DNA of 37,087 nucleotides from Basidiobolus ranarum (Eukaryota): assembly GCA_040143965.1 (NCBI GenBank), contig JASJQH010006930.1:1-37087 (forward strand), written 5' to 3'. The notes under the pieces are model-generated. The model was not told the origin of the DNA. It saw only the letters and a program-made list of their open reading frames with translations, and did no database searches. This document shows, in pieces, positions 9,740 to 23,042 of this stretch; positions within the stretch are counted from its first letter, which is position 1; the number at the start of each line of letters is the position of its first letter. The position numbers and the translations under genes are program-made.

Positions 9740-11106
9740 TTATCTGGGGGCCACATAATCTTGAGTAAGATCGATTCCCTCCAGATGGGTATTTGTGATT
9801 TTGACCTTGCGATTTCTGGCTTTGGATTTCTTGTTTTTTGGTTCGTCTGATTTGGATTTCTTCTCAAAGACCTCCATGGTTTTAAGTCCAGCTGAAATGA
9901 AAGGATTAGTTACAGTGGCTGACATTCTAGACACAATTGAAACAAGTATACCTTTGTCAAGCTCAGCAGGTAGATCTGTTTCGTCTGGTGCGCGTAGTTC
10001 ATGCCACATTTGCTTGAACTCTATTAGCAATAAAGGGTTATTGATTAGAATACTAGGCTGGATAGAGAAAACGGTGTAACTAAACATTACCTGCATCAAA
10101 GTTGCAGTTTAGCCTAGGATCATTGTAAAATAGAATGCGTGGAGTATCATCCTTATTTCGAATTATGTAAACTTGGCCACTTTCTGCCAGTTCCTAATCC
10201 AGATGACTGTCAGTCAACTTCAAGTAAAATGCACGAACTGATTTATATATACCTCCACAACTCCTTTCACATCAATGTACGAGTCCTTGAGTTCTCTAAC
10301 CTCCATACCACCTTCATCCTTCTTCTCTTGCAAGAGAGCCAATAAATCTTCTTTCGTCTTGATATTATACGCAGGCTAAGATGATATTCGATAGTAAAAC
10401 CCAAAAAAACTTTAGATTTTCTGTTTACAGATACTTTAACCGACGATTATCTTTCTACAATTGAAAAATACCCTGTATGAAAATGTGTGGTTTTTGGAGT
10501 CATAATCAATCTTGTTGTTTTGAGTTAAAGTCCGATAGAGCTCTGGATTGGCGTCAAGATCGGCATTAACGTGTCGCTTTAAGTCTTCAGCTGTCTGAGG
10601 CTCTTCCACAGACTAGGTGCGCAAGTCAGGTAAGAAAACCAATCAAGTGATCGTTGTTGTATTTTATCAAATACTTGCCTTGAGGAAGTTAATCACTGTG
10701 TATACCATACTAAGGGTATGACGCCCACCGACTGGTAAATTGGCATCTGGAATAACTGTTCAACCAGCAAAACAATATCAGTAGATAATACTTGAATTGG
10801 TTATAGTTTTCGTTTGTTGATCAAAAACCAAAAAGTACATAGTCTGTATACCAGACAATCACTTCAAAAAGAAGTCATTCACTATCTTTACTCTTCGAAC
10901 GCGTATTTTCGATTTTCGGGTTTTTTTTACTTGCCTTTTTTCGTTTTCAATTTCTTCTTTGCTGGCTCTAAAACATCCTGAAGTTGACTTGGTATAGGAT
11001 TATATCGGTTGGGTGGAGGTGGTTCAGATATTTGTGGTCTTTGTATGACCGGTTGAGCTGCTAATCTTCTCTTGAAAGCTTTTTGTTGTTCTAATAAAGA
11101 GCCCAT
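9740..11106 (-). CDS. TFA2: Transcription initiation factor TFIIE beta subunit, multi-exon
   Basis: Exons ~11106-10935, 10755-10679, 10612-10472, 10375-10253, 10193-10091, 10020-9952 and 9891-9740 give HTLSMVYTVINFLK, NNKIDYD..NHTFSYRPAYNIKTKEDLL, GGMEVRELKDSY, PRILFYND, EFKQMWH and the C-terminal RKVKITNTHL typical of TFIIE-beta. Confidence 0.9.
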
Positions 11107-11336
11107 AATCTCTACCTTTAAAGAGTGCTGAGTCAAAGTAACAAAGTAAATCAAAATTGGAAAAAGCAAGAATATAATGTACTTTAAAAATCTTCTGGTT
11201 TAATTATGAAATGAAGAAATCGATTGGCACCTGTAAATAATATTCATAGTTCCAAAACCTATACATTATTTTGAGCCTATTATTTCAAGATAAATCTCGA
11301 CCAGGGTTGGTTTGCCTAAATGACCAACACTATCCA

Positions 11337-11352
11337 TAAATCACGTGATTTA
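11337..11352. promoter_or_regulatory. Perfect 16-bp palindrome with E-box core in the TFA2/SEC27 divergent promoter
   Basis: TAAATCACGTGATTTA; contains ATCACGTG on both strands. Confidence 0.55.
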
Positions 11353-11624
11353 AACAATAATATGTGGTAAATAACATAATCTTTGAGAAATCTGAACTCA
11401 TCAACATAAACTTGCCATGGCATTTACAAATGATGCTCAAAGAGAATATTGATTTTTGATTGGCCAAAAGAAATCAGTCGTCAGCCACTGCTTACACTTG
11501 GAGAATCAATTTTCATACGTTATATGGAAATATCAACTCAGCGCTTGTCAAATTCAAAGCGTTCTTTGTTGCCGTCTTCGTAACAAGCAGTATTAGTCAA
11601 TTATATTTGAACGCTATATAGGAG

Positions 11625-14600
11625 ATGAAAATCGACATCAAAGTAGGGCTGTTTAATATTTACTATACTGTTCACGATTCTATTTTCCTTCGTAATCTCC
11701 AAAATTCTGCAATTATCTAATTCATCTCGATTTTATAGAAAAAACTTTTGTCCAGGTCCGACAGAGTCAAATGTGTTGACCTTCATCCCACTGAGCCGTG
11801 GGTAATGGCCAGTTTATACAATGGAAATGTTTACATCTGGAATTATGAAACTCAGGTATACATTCAATTCTAAACTCAGCAGTGTTTCCTTCTATTATAA
11901 GTTATATGAGTTGGGATTAAAGAAAGGTTTACGTGCGAAATAATATATTTTCTGTAACCATTAACCTTTTTACTGGTGTTTATAGAGTTTGGTCAAAACA
12001 TTTGAAGTAACTGATTTACCTGGTTAGTTTACCTTTTAATTTTCTCATCTACCAAGGATTCTTGAACTTTGTTTACCAATTCTCGAAGACGTTGACTAAG
12101 AGCACTTTATTCTTAACATCCTTACTGATCAAATTCCATTTTAAATTTCAGTTCGTGCCGCTAAATTTATCGCCCGAAAGAACTGGCTTATTGCTGGTTC
12201 CGATGATATGCAACTCCGTGTTATTAATTACAACACACACGAGAAAGTCGCTGCCTTTGATGCTCACGTGGATTACATTCGTAGTATTGCTATTCATCCT
12301 ACACAACCCTACGTACTTAGTAGTAGTGATGACATGACTATTAAGTTATGGAATTGGGAGAAGGGATGGAAGTGTATGCAGGTAAGTCGCTATTACAAAT
12401 GATCTTGTTAAGACATGTAATGTTAAGCAAAGATGATTTGTATTTTCAGGTCTTTGAAGGTCATTCCCATTATGTCATGATGGTCAACTTCAATCCTAAA
12501 GATACCAACACTTTCGCCAGTGCTTCCCTCGACAAAACCATCAAGGTACATTTACTTTTCTAAACAAAATTAAATATATATTTAACTCGAATTCTACTTA
12601 AGGTTTGGAATGTTGGATCTGCAGTTGCCAACTTCACTCTTGAAGGTCACGAAAAAGGAGTCAATACCGTTGATTATTACGGCGGTGGTGATAAGCCCTA
12701 TCTTGTATCTGGAGCTGATGACAAGTCGGTTTTCTCATTGCTCTTGTTCCTGTCTTGAATAATGCATACTTACATTTAAGTTGTCATCAACTATTAGGCT
12801 AGTTAAAATCTGGGATTATCAAAATAAGAGCTGTGTTCAAACTCTAGAGGGTCATACTCAAAATGTCTCTGCTGCTTGTTTCCACCCTGAACTGCCTGTC
12901 ATTTTGACTGCTAGTGAAGATGGTCATTAAGAGTTTTTTTATTTGTTTGATTTGATTTTGGAGCTAATCTGATCCCTTTCATAACAGGCTCCGTTAAGGT
13001 CTGGCATGCCAACACCTACCGTATTGAAAACACACTCAACTACGGTTTGGATCGTGGATGGGTGTTGGCCTATCAAAGAGGTTCCAATGATATTGGTATC
13101 GGTTATGATGAGGGTGCTGTGGTTATTAAGGTACATACTCTTGATGTATCAAGATGCTTTTATTAACAGTGATAAATAACCAACCTTGCCCGTTAATGAT
13201 AGCTTGGTCGTGAGGAGCCTGCCGTCAGTATGGATAACGGTGGTAAAATCATCTGGGCAAGACATAACGAGATCTTAACTGCGAATGTTAAAAGTGGACT
13301 CGGTAAAGTTCAGTTATTTGGTCTACTACCGCTTAATACAATTACCAATACAAGTGCTTTTGATTTCTTTAGAGGATTCTGTTAAGGAGGGTGAGCGTAT
13401 GACACTTCCGGTTAAAGATCTAGGAAGTTGTGAAGTATATCCTCAAACATTGCAGCATAGTCCCAACGGAAGGTAATTCAGTAGTACTTGATCCCAGTGA
13501 AGTAATAATCATTTCACTTAACATTTTGCTATTAGATTCGTAGTTGTTTGTGGAGATGGTGAGTATATCATCTATACTGCTCTGGCTTGGAGAAACAAAA
13601 GCTTCGGACGTGCTCTAGAATTTGTCTGGGCCACCGAATCCAACGAGTAAGTCGGATAATTTTGCATGATACAAGCCCATTCAAAACTAAAAATATCAAT
13701 TATCCACAGATATGCCATTCGAGAGTCTTCTAGTTCCGTCAAGGTTTTCAACAAGAATTTCAAGGAAAAGTCTGGTTTATTATCACATGTCAAATTCTCT
13801 ATCGAAGGGATCTTTGGTGGTGTTCTTGTTGGAGTGCGTAGTACCTCCTTCCTTAACTTTTATGACTGGGAGACTGGAGGTTTGGTCAGACGCATTGATG
13901 TTGTTGCTAAAAATGTCTACTGGTCTGAATCAGGTGACCTTATGACCATCGCATCCGAGGACTCCTTCTTTGTCTTGAGATTCAGCCGTGCTGCCTACAA
14001 TGAATTCATCGAGAGTGGTGGAAACCCAGGTGACGAAGGTGTAGAGGATGCCTTGGAATTTGTTACTGAGGTTCCGGAAAACATCAAGACCGGTTATTGG
14101 GTTGGAGATTGCTTCGTATACACCAATGCTATGAATCGCTTAAACTATTTGGTTGGTGGACAAGTCAATACCCTTGCTCATTTTGATAACAATATGTATC
14201 TTCTTGGATATATTCCTCGTGATAATCGCATTTACCTTGCGGATAAAGATGCCAACGTCTATAGTTACATCCTTTCATTGACAGTGGTTGAATACCAAAC
14301 GGCTATCCTTCGTGGGGATACGGAAACTGCTGAGAGCCTTTTACCGGAGATTACCCAAGATCAAAGAAACCGAGTTGCTAGATTCTTAGAAAGTCAAGAT
14401 CTTAAAGACCTGGCTCTCCAAGTTTCCACAGATAATGAGCATAAATTCGACCTCGCCTTACAGCTTAACAGACTCGAATTGGCTCTTGAAATTGCTAAGC
14501 AAACCGAGTCAGAAAGCAGATGGAGAACTCTCGGTGATGTTGCCTTAAATAATTGGAGATTTAATTTGGCCGAGGAATGTCTTAAGAAGGCAAATGACTT

Positions 14601-15578
14601 AAGTGGCTTATTACTTATGTACACTTCTTGTGGTAATGCTGAAGGAATGAAGGAACTTGCTCAAAAGGCTCTTGATGAGGGCAAAAACAATATTGCCTTC
14701 TCCTGCTATTGGTCGTTAGGTCAACTTGAGAACTGTCTGGATATTCTGGTAAATACTGACAGAATCCCCGAAGCCGCTTTCTTTGCCAGAAGTTATCTTC
14801 CTAGGTAAGTATCAACACTGCAAAATATCTATATAATATAATACGATACTGACAAATTGATTTTTCTTGTATAGCCATGTTTCTAAGATAGTTGCCTTAT
14901 GGAAGGAGAGCCTCAATAACGCTAACAAATCTAAAGTTGCTGAGTCACTCGCCGATCCCCAAGAACACGAAGAGCTATTTGCGGAATTCAAGGCTGTAAG
15001 TCTTCCCTACTTTGCCAACTAATTAATGTGTATATGTTACTGATCCTCATTGAATAGTCATTGATTGCTGAAGAAGCTGCCAAAAGCAAAAAGACATCTG
15101 TTCCTTCGATAGCGTATTCGGAACTCAAAGGAGGCCGTGATAATCAATTAGGTAAGATCCAGGCTTCCCAGTGTTGCCCCATAAGAATGTTATGTTAAAC
15201 TTGGCAACATTTGATTCCAGATGTGAATGAGAGTAGTATGAACAATAACTCCGCCCAGAGTCAAAAAAGTATGAATGGAACCGCTTATGAAGATGAGGTT
15301 AGTGCTATAACAGTTCATCCAATTTATAGCGTGTTATTAATCCAATACAACCACTTAGTTATTATCCGTGCCTGATGATGAGCGCATTGATGAGACCATG
15401 AGCCATTTGAGTTTAGAAGGTATTTCCCTTGTGACATAACAGAGTCATTGACACCTTGTATCTAAGATTTTATGAACTTGTAGTAAATACCACAGGTACT
15501 GGCTCTATTCGTGGTGATGTTGATTTTGATGATGCTTCATCCCAAGCTACTCAAGAACCGGAGCCTGTGAAAGAATAA
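11625..15578 (+). CDS. SEC27: Coatomer subunit beta' (COPB2/Sec27), about 17 exons
   Basis: [29 protein letters not shown]40 repeats ([50 protein letters not shown]), [20 protein letters not shown], helical region ending [14 protein letters not shown], and an acidic tail ending ...EPEPVKE* at 15578. A small upstream exon cannot be excluded. Confidence 0.96.
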
Positions 15579-15946
15579 TTTATAAACATATTATTATGCA
15601 CATTTTTATATTTGTTCTTTTCTTCTCTACATACCTATATACACCCAACCTTGTAATGTATCTCCTCACAACGTTATTATCTTTTATGAAACAAATAGTG
15701 GAAACCCAGGAATACATATATAAGAAACATCTTTCAATATAAAAGTAATGATTGAAAAAGTCCCTTTATTTTAATGATTATTAAGAGACCAACTCGGAAT
15801 TTATTTAAAATAAAACTACACTGATATATCCCTAACAATAGCTACAAACGTTTATAATTTACAAAAAGAGAGTAATCAATCGTTTACTATGGGATAGTTA
15901 TGGAATTGCTGCTGAATCCAAAACTTAGCCTTACATACTTGCAATC

Positions 15947-16497
15947 TTAGGTCAAGATTTCTGGGGTTCCTTTACTAAGCTCTGGGCCTTTGACTATGAC
16001 TGTATCAGGGGGAGTCGGCCAGATCAGTACTTGCTCCAACTGTTTCGGTTTGTGAGTGCTTGAGGCTATCTCGACACCCAGGAAGTATTGAGTTGGCATA
16101 GGCGATACCTGTATAGGTGGTTGATGAAAGAATTTAATCTGTCAAAACAAGTCATTAATGGATTCTCAATATTCAGATACATATTATTGATATCACCTAC
16201 CAGGCCTCCGGTGACTACTAACAGAATAACCAGGCAAGCAACACTTAGTATTACCAAACCATTATTTTGAATTATCTCTTGGAACAAGAAAGCTGTGCTT
16301 AAAAAGATCAAAATTACCGACACATAAACGACATACAATTGACGTCTCTGAGATTGTGTTAATAAGGCAAATACTGAATAGCCACCCTGTATATTCTTCA
16401 ATCTGATACGATCCGACATTCGTTTAGTCAAAGTACGAGAGTTACGTTTTAATGGACTGCGTGTACTTGATTCTTTACTAATCGTAGGTGAACTCAT
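15947..16497 (-). CDS. Hypothetical small membrane protein (~162 aa, two hydrophobic helices), 2 exons
   Basis: Exon 16497-16201, GT..AG intron 16200-16139, exon 16138-15947, all in frame. Hydrophobic stretches LYVVYVSVILIFLSTAFLF and GLVILSVACLVILLVVTGGL. No family recognised. Confidence 0.6.
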
Positions 16498-17967
16498 GTA
16501 GCAATATAATTTGGAGGTTTTGATGGTACATTTGTCTGATATATGTCTGATTCAAGGGGACTCTGATTAGGCTTTGGTTCGAATTACCAAAACCACAGTG
16601 ATTCTGTCGTCAACTTCAGCCGATTCCATTATCGCTAGGCTTTGTCTGTTTCTCTATTAAGATCCAAGCCACACTGATCGATTCGAAAACCGTGATGCAC
16701 ATATCTTCCCAGTACATGAATGGTACGATAATAGCTAACAACGTTTTTGGCGAAATGCCAGTATTAATAAATCAGTTATGAATAAACAGTGATTGCTGCA
16801 AACATTCATCAACGGCCTCAATGATCATCAATGATGCGCACTATCGAGAGAAAGTAATACCCGAACCAATGAGAAGTTGGCCGTTTATAGAGATGACCAT
16901 GCATAGAGTTAGAATATACGTTCTAACTGGCGCTGTTGAGTGATGGTTGTTGATATTCTATGTATTTAGTAACAAAGATCTAATGAGCGAGGACTTGTGT
17001 GTGAGTAGAAGTGTTTGAATGCATTGATTTAAATTTCTTATAAATATTGGAGTTTGTCAGTTAAAAATATAGTATTACTCCCCTCCTCTCCTCCCCTCTT
17101 CTCTCCTCCTCTTATACCTATTCCCCGACTCCACTTGGCCTGTTTTCCATTACCAAATACACACAAACTCATAGAATGAAAACTGCAATCTATAAATCAT
17201 TACTATGCTCCACACGCTCTTCAGTCACTACATACTACACAGGAGGTCAACATCCACCTCGCATCCATTGTCGACACAGTCGTCACTTGATATTGAATCA
17301 GAATGTAAACTATCTAGCATGCCGCAACGTTGATAGATATGAGCTCTGTCCCCCTAGAAGTTCCAGAAATCCATCCGAAGTATGCCCGTTGTATTAGGTT
17401 GCGAAAGTGATCGCAATTAGAAAATATCCTAAGCTACACTTGACTAGATTCCCATATAGAATTTCCAAACAATATTTATACACACCAACCGACCCTTAGT
17501 ATATCCGAAATTAAAAGTTATTCATTAGATGTGTGAAGTGTTCAAACTAAGTAAACTTTCCTTCCTAATTATCCTCTCCTAATTGGTATCAGTTAGTCTA
17601 TTCTAAATCTAGTAATCAACGCTAGTCTAGCATATCCCCAAATGGCCTTCTAGTCCACCTGTGAGAAATCTGAATCCAGAAAGGTCGTTGATGTCTTCAT
17701 TAGTGGACGAAGCACATTCTTATGGTCCATAGACCATACCCATTCTCTATTGGTTAAAAACGATCTAATTCGTCAATATTGGACAGTAAATATGCCCTTC
17801 CATGTGTATCGATATTATATCCAACGAATTGGGTATATGGTAATTGTGAAACAATTTTTTCTATTTGATTCTGTAAAAAGTAAGTACAACTTTTTACTTA
17901 ATTGTTAAGGATTATTCCTTAAGGTTATGTTCAGTATTTTTTAAAACTTCTACGAAGATAGCTCATA

Positions 17968-20373
17968 ATGAACATATCTACTACAGAACATGATTCTAGT
18001 ACTTATAAAAAGCCAAGGGCTACTCGAGCTTGCGATTTGTGTCGTAAAAAAAAAGTAAAATGTGATAGTGTTAAGCCTTCTTGTGCAAATTGTACCATGT
18101 TCGGATATGATTGTACTTACTTGGACAAACCGAAGAAGCGGGGCCCCCAAGCTGCGAATCCTAAAACATTAGAAGCACGTCTCAAACGCATTGAATTTGC
18201 CCTTACAGGGTTATTAGATACTGATTCCATATCAACTTCTAGTTCGGTTATGCAAGAAGTGACTTCTATAGGAAATGGGGAAAAAGCATCCAGCGACTGG
18301 AGTGAGGTAAATAGTGGTTTATTTTTTGTGCCAAGATGTAGTACGAATTATTCATATTATTATATGTTTCATTTATAGGAACATCTTTCAAAGGAGGGTT
18401 CTGATAGCGATGAAGATGAGGAACTTGAAGAAGAATTTTCTCAACTCGCGATTGAACAGCGTGCTAGATATAAATATTTGGGTAGTAGTTCTGGAATGTA
18501 TCTTTTGGAAGGGGGAAAGTACCATGTCAATGGTGTCTTAACAAAATTTTGTGAATTGGCTTTACGTCCTGAGTTACAAACACTGGGCCCCGACTTTCCG
18601 ACCCAAGAGATTGAAAATCAACTTCTAGAAGTGTACTTCTCAAGATCACATAACTATTTTCCGATATTTAACAAAGCCGGGTTTCTTCAAAGATTGAACT
18701 CCGGCAAAGGAGTTTCAAATGTTTTACTCAACTCAATATGTGCAGTCGGTTGTATTCTTGAAGGGCTCACAGTATTCAAAGATCCAGGCATTTCTCGATC
18801 AGCAACCAGGTTTTTTTTCAACCGAGCCAAGACTGAACTAGATAAGCAATACCACATCTCCTCTCTTTATACAGTTCAGGGACTTTTGCTTATGGCATTC
18901 AATCCCGCAGGTGGCTGGTTATTTTTGGGCATGGCTGTTAGGATGGCACAAGACTTGGGACTTCATAGAAATATCGAATCGGACAGTTTAGATCCTATCG
19001 AAAAGCAAAATCGAAAACTAGCATGGTGGGGATGTGTTATATTTGACCGATTACATAGTGCTATGGGCGGAAAGCCTCTAGCCATCAACGAAGACGACTT
19101 CGATACCACTTTACCCATGGATTATGGTCTAAAAGACAAAGGTGATGTTAGTCCTGGATCCAGTACTTCTCTTAGATATCTCACTCAGACGGTGCGTTTG
19201 ACCATGTTGATAAGTAAAATCATTCGTGGTATTTACATACCTCGTAGCGGAGCCAAAAACAAATCAAGTACGAACCTATGGTCTCTTAATAAATCTCTGA
19301 GTGATTGGGAAACCTCGTTAAGTCCAGAATTTCGAATTCAATATGACAATCCTCCGAATACCTCCACATTTGCCTGTCTGATCAACTCTTTTTATCAATA
19401 CTCTCTTATCTTATTGAATCGTCCATTTATTCCTCGATTCAATGACGATCACGAAGCGAAGGCATCCAATAATCCTGCTCAATTGATTTGCGAGAGAGCG
19501 GCCAGTCGAATTACGTGGATCTCATACTATACCCCTTTAGAATGGCAGCTACATGGAATCTCAGTAAAACCTGGTTTGCTATTCTCCTCTAGCACCATTC
19601 ATTTAATCAACTCAATGTCCAACGATAAAGAGCTTGCTCGAGTGGCGAAAAACAACTTCGCAGTTAATTTGAAAATTATGAGACAAGTTAGTGCGATATT
19701 CTTTGGTGCACATCACATCCTAACCATCCTAGAAGATTTGGCCAAAACTCGTGGTCTTGACAATCTCAACAGTTTAGAGCCCATACTGTATGATCCACCA
19801 AAAGCAGCCCTATCCCCCGACGTATCACATAAATTACCGCGGAGAACTGATTCGGGATCTGTAGTAGTCTTGCCCAATCCTCCTTCAGATAATCTGGATT
19901 GCCTCAGTGAAGGAAGTGATCCGAGAGCAAGCTATGAATCCACCACACCCTCACCGCTTAGATCTACCACGTCGTCGACAAACCCTACCATAAGTAACAA
20001 CTTCCACTGGACTCCCATTGAGACACCAGTTTATTCTCAGCAACCTGAAATCTATAAAGATCAGCAGCAACTCGATATTGCTGAACCTATTTACCAGTGC
20101 CAAAATACCTCATACACGGCACCGCTCAATCTCTTCGAGAATAATATAAGTCTGAGCTCCACGCTCAACCCTGTTATTTCCAACATCCCCCAATTCGCTG
20201 CGACTTCTGGATACCCGACATTCACTCCCAATGGAACTGACTTTGAACTATTATGTGCCCAGAGACCTGACAGTGATGCACCGTTGTTAAACTTAATGCA
20301 GATGGAAATGGACTTTGATGACTGGAACAACTATTTCAATCAGTTTGGACAATCCCATTCCAACCCATCTTAA
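17968..20373 (+). CDS. Zn(II)2Cys6 transcription factor with fungal-specific TF (middle homology) domain, ~777 aa, 2 exons
   Basis: ACDLCRKKKVKCDSVKPSCANCTMFGYDCTY binuclear cluster and an LEARLKRIE coiled coil. Intron 18307-18378. Then YLGSSSG, LGMAVRMAQDLGLHR, RKLAWWGCVIFDR and an acidic/aromatic C-terminal activation-like tail (MDFDDWNNYF). Confidence 0.95.
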
Positions 20374-23042
20374 TATAAATATTGCAGCATATTACCGAAT
20401 GATTGGTGACATTGCAGTACAATGATGTTTATTTTGTTGGCTGTCCGATGCTTGTTCGCCCCCGTGGCCTTTCGAACAAGACATAAAAGTAAACATCGAT
20501 TTTGCACATATATAGGACCTCCTCTCAGATAGATTGATATACCATTATCATTAGCGTACAAGCAGGGTAACTGACTTAGAAATGAACCAACATATTCTTA
20601 ATATTAAACAAGATTCACGTGATAGATAGTATGTACTCGAGTAATCTGATAAGCGAGCTTTCCACTCTTTCCTTGCTACTAATCCCACTCTTTCCTTGCC
20701 ATTAATCCCACGTTCGCTACAAATGGTAGTGGTAACTCTAAGATCAATGGACCCAATTTGTGAAGTGAAATGCAAGTTCAGCCGTCGTATTTCTAGATTA
20801 GCTAGTAATTGGAATGGACGGGCCGCATTAACAATTCCCTAGGGAAAATAGCAATTTCGTCATTGTATCACACAGTAGTATGACTTGGGAATATTAGATG
20901 GTGAACGTGACCCTACTGATGCAACCATTTAGACGATAAGGTGATATGTCAAATGACATTCCTATCATATCATATCGCATCCCGTAATTTAGGGTTTAAT
21001 TAGTAGGTATGATATTAAAGCCAACTCGTGGAATTCATGTACTTCACTTAATACTTGTTTAATCTGGTATTTATCTAGATTGTTGCAGTGGAGATTAGAT
21101 AAATGATAGAATGCCGGTGGCAGATTATCTTATCGATAGGTACGATGTGTAAGATGTGAAGGTGGTGAGAATGTTTAGTAATCTCCACGAAGCACCAATA
21201 CTCGTCTAGACTTGGACTTATTCTATGTCAGTCCGTATCACCCAAACCTGACTGACTAAAATGGTTCTCGAACTTCTTATTAGAAATCTAACTCAATTGG
21301 TGTAAATGATGGGGTTAGGTTATTTTGATTTCTATGGCAGTTAGATTCACCCAGCGCTCACTACTTGATCATTCTCCACTGCAAATGCCTCTTGATTAAT
21401 AATAGCCCACACTCTCAAGACTTGTCCATAAATAGCTCCTTTTGTCTCAATTCACAACTTGATCAAGCACAAGAGATAAAAGTGAGGAAATAGGCCAACT
21501 TCAGCACTGTCGAATATTTTTCTCCAGGAGAAGCTAAATCCAGGAGTGACTTTAACTGTCAATAATCACGATTCAACACCAGCGATGAATAAAAGATGGC
21601 TTTAATGGAAGTTCTAGAAGTGATCTACATATTTTATGGCTTTTAAGAGAGTCTCAGACAATTCTCGGGGAGAGATTTATCCTTTGCTAATTTGGCGGTA
21701 TTTAGAATATCTCTTGATTAGCCCAATGTCAGTAGCATCTCTTGATTAATCCCAAATTAGCAACATTCATCCAAACTCTAAATATGTAAGTCGGCTTAAA
21801 AATATCGACCGATGTGAGAGTTATCTATATCTGGAAATGATCACCAACGTAATGGTTCAATTCCATCTACCGACGAGCGAATAAGCAAATAAGTGAGCGA
21901 ATATGCGAACGAAAACTGAATGATGCAACAACGCAATGTGATGACAACATTCACCTCCATTCACTGGTTGAAAATGGCTACATTGAGATCGATGTTTCTT
22001 AATACCCGGTCCTTGGCAGTGATGTCGGAGGATGAATAGGCAGTAGAATATGGACGGATGAGTGAACGATGGGGAACAGAATGTAGAGCAGGTTTGCGTG
22101 AAAAGCTTATCAGTCTCCGCGGCGCTTAGACATCACTGGATCATTCTATTTAGCTAATCTGCATTGCATCTTCAGAATGCTGCAATCTCAGGGCAAATGA
22201 TTATATGGGCAACAGCACCAATCTCAGACCAAATGCCCCAACGACTGTTGGTCGATAAGATAATCACTGATCACAATTTACTGCTTGAATATTTGTTATT
22301 GTATGAATGCTGCCATATTATTGCTTGAATGCTGCCATAGAAATCAATATTTCTAGATCGGGGGCCATTCAAGAGAACTAGAAGGCCAATCAACTGATTA
22401 TCCTTTTTGTCAAAACGTTTATGGATGATATAAGGGGCTCATATTATCACCTCAGATCGTGTTGCAGATTCAACCAATGACCAGTCTCAAAGAATGGAGC
22501 GAATCATCTCATCTTGATCACTTTGGTGTTACACGGCCTCGCCAGCCTATGGGATTCCATCAGCTATTTGAATGCTCCCTTTTGCAATTATTGGTTAGCT
22601 GTTGTTTCCATAGTGGAAGCCATATATGGTGCGATTGATTAAACAGCAGAGTGAAGAAAAGTTGTGAGACATTACAAAAAAGGAACTTTATCATATCATT
22701 TTGGAGGTAGTCCAATTGAAACCGCACATGTTTGTGCGCCTACAAGTAATGTCTAGTTCAAAAATGGCCTTTCCACGCGGCGACCGTCTGATTCAACGAT
22801 AGCTACGAAGTGTATAAATACCTCAATCGAATGCAACGGAGCACTACTGATAAAAGCTTCAAACTTTGAATCTTTTGATAATCATACTCCGATCTCCGTT
22901 CCGCTGGTTTATTCGGATTCTATTCTCTACCGCCTGCTGTTTCCGTTCATTCCATCCTGGTAACTCCGCCCAACCTAGCATTCCATACGTTGGCTCAAGT
23001 GGTAAGAAGCCGTTGGTTCTAAATATTTAGTGGTCATATTCA

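Noticed and set aside
16556..16600. tRNA candidate from GGTTCGAAT (also GTTCGA near 29836)
   Set aside because: I could not build a cloverleaf, D-arm or acceptor stem.
17078..17113. CT-rich polypyrimidine tract (possible H-DNA)
   Set aside because: A common fungal promoter feature; nothing specific supports a structural role.
2531..20373. Secondary-metabolite biosynthetic cluster (OYE + ABC transporter + Zn2Cys6)
   Set aside because: No NRPS, PKS, terpene synthase or DMATS backbone gene is in the window, and housekeeping genes intervene.
21195..22493. HapX/CCAAT bipartite site (CSAAT-N12-RWT) upstream of the SreA-like gene
   Set aside because: Several CCAAT boxes are present, but the plus-strand ones I checked lack RWT at the required spacing.
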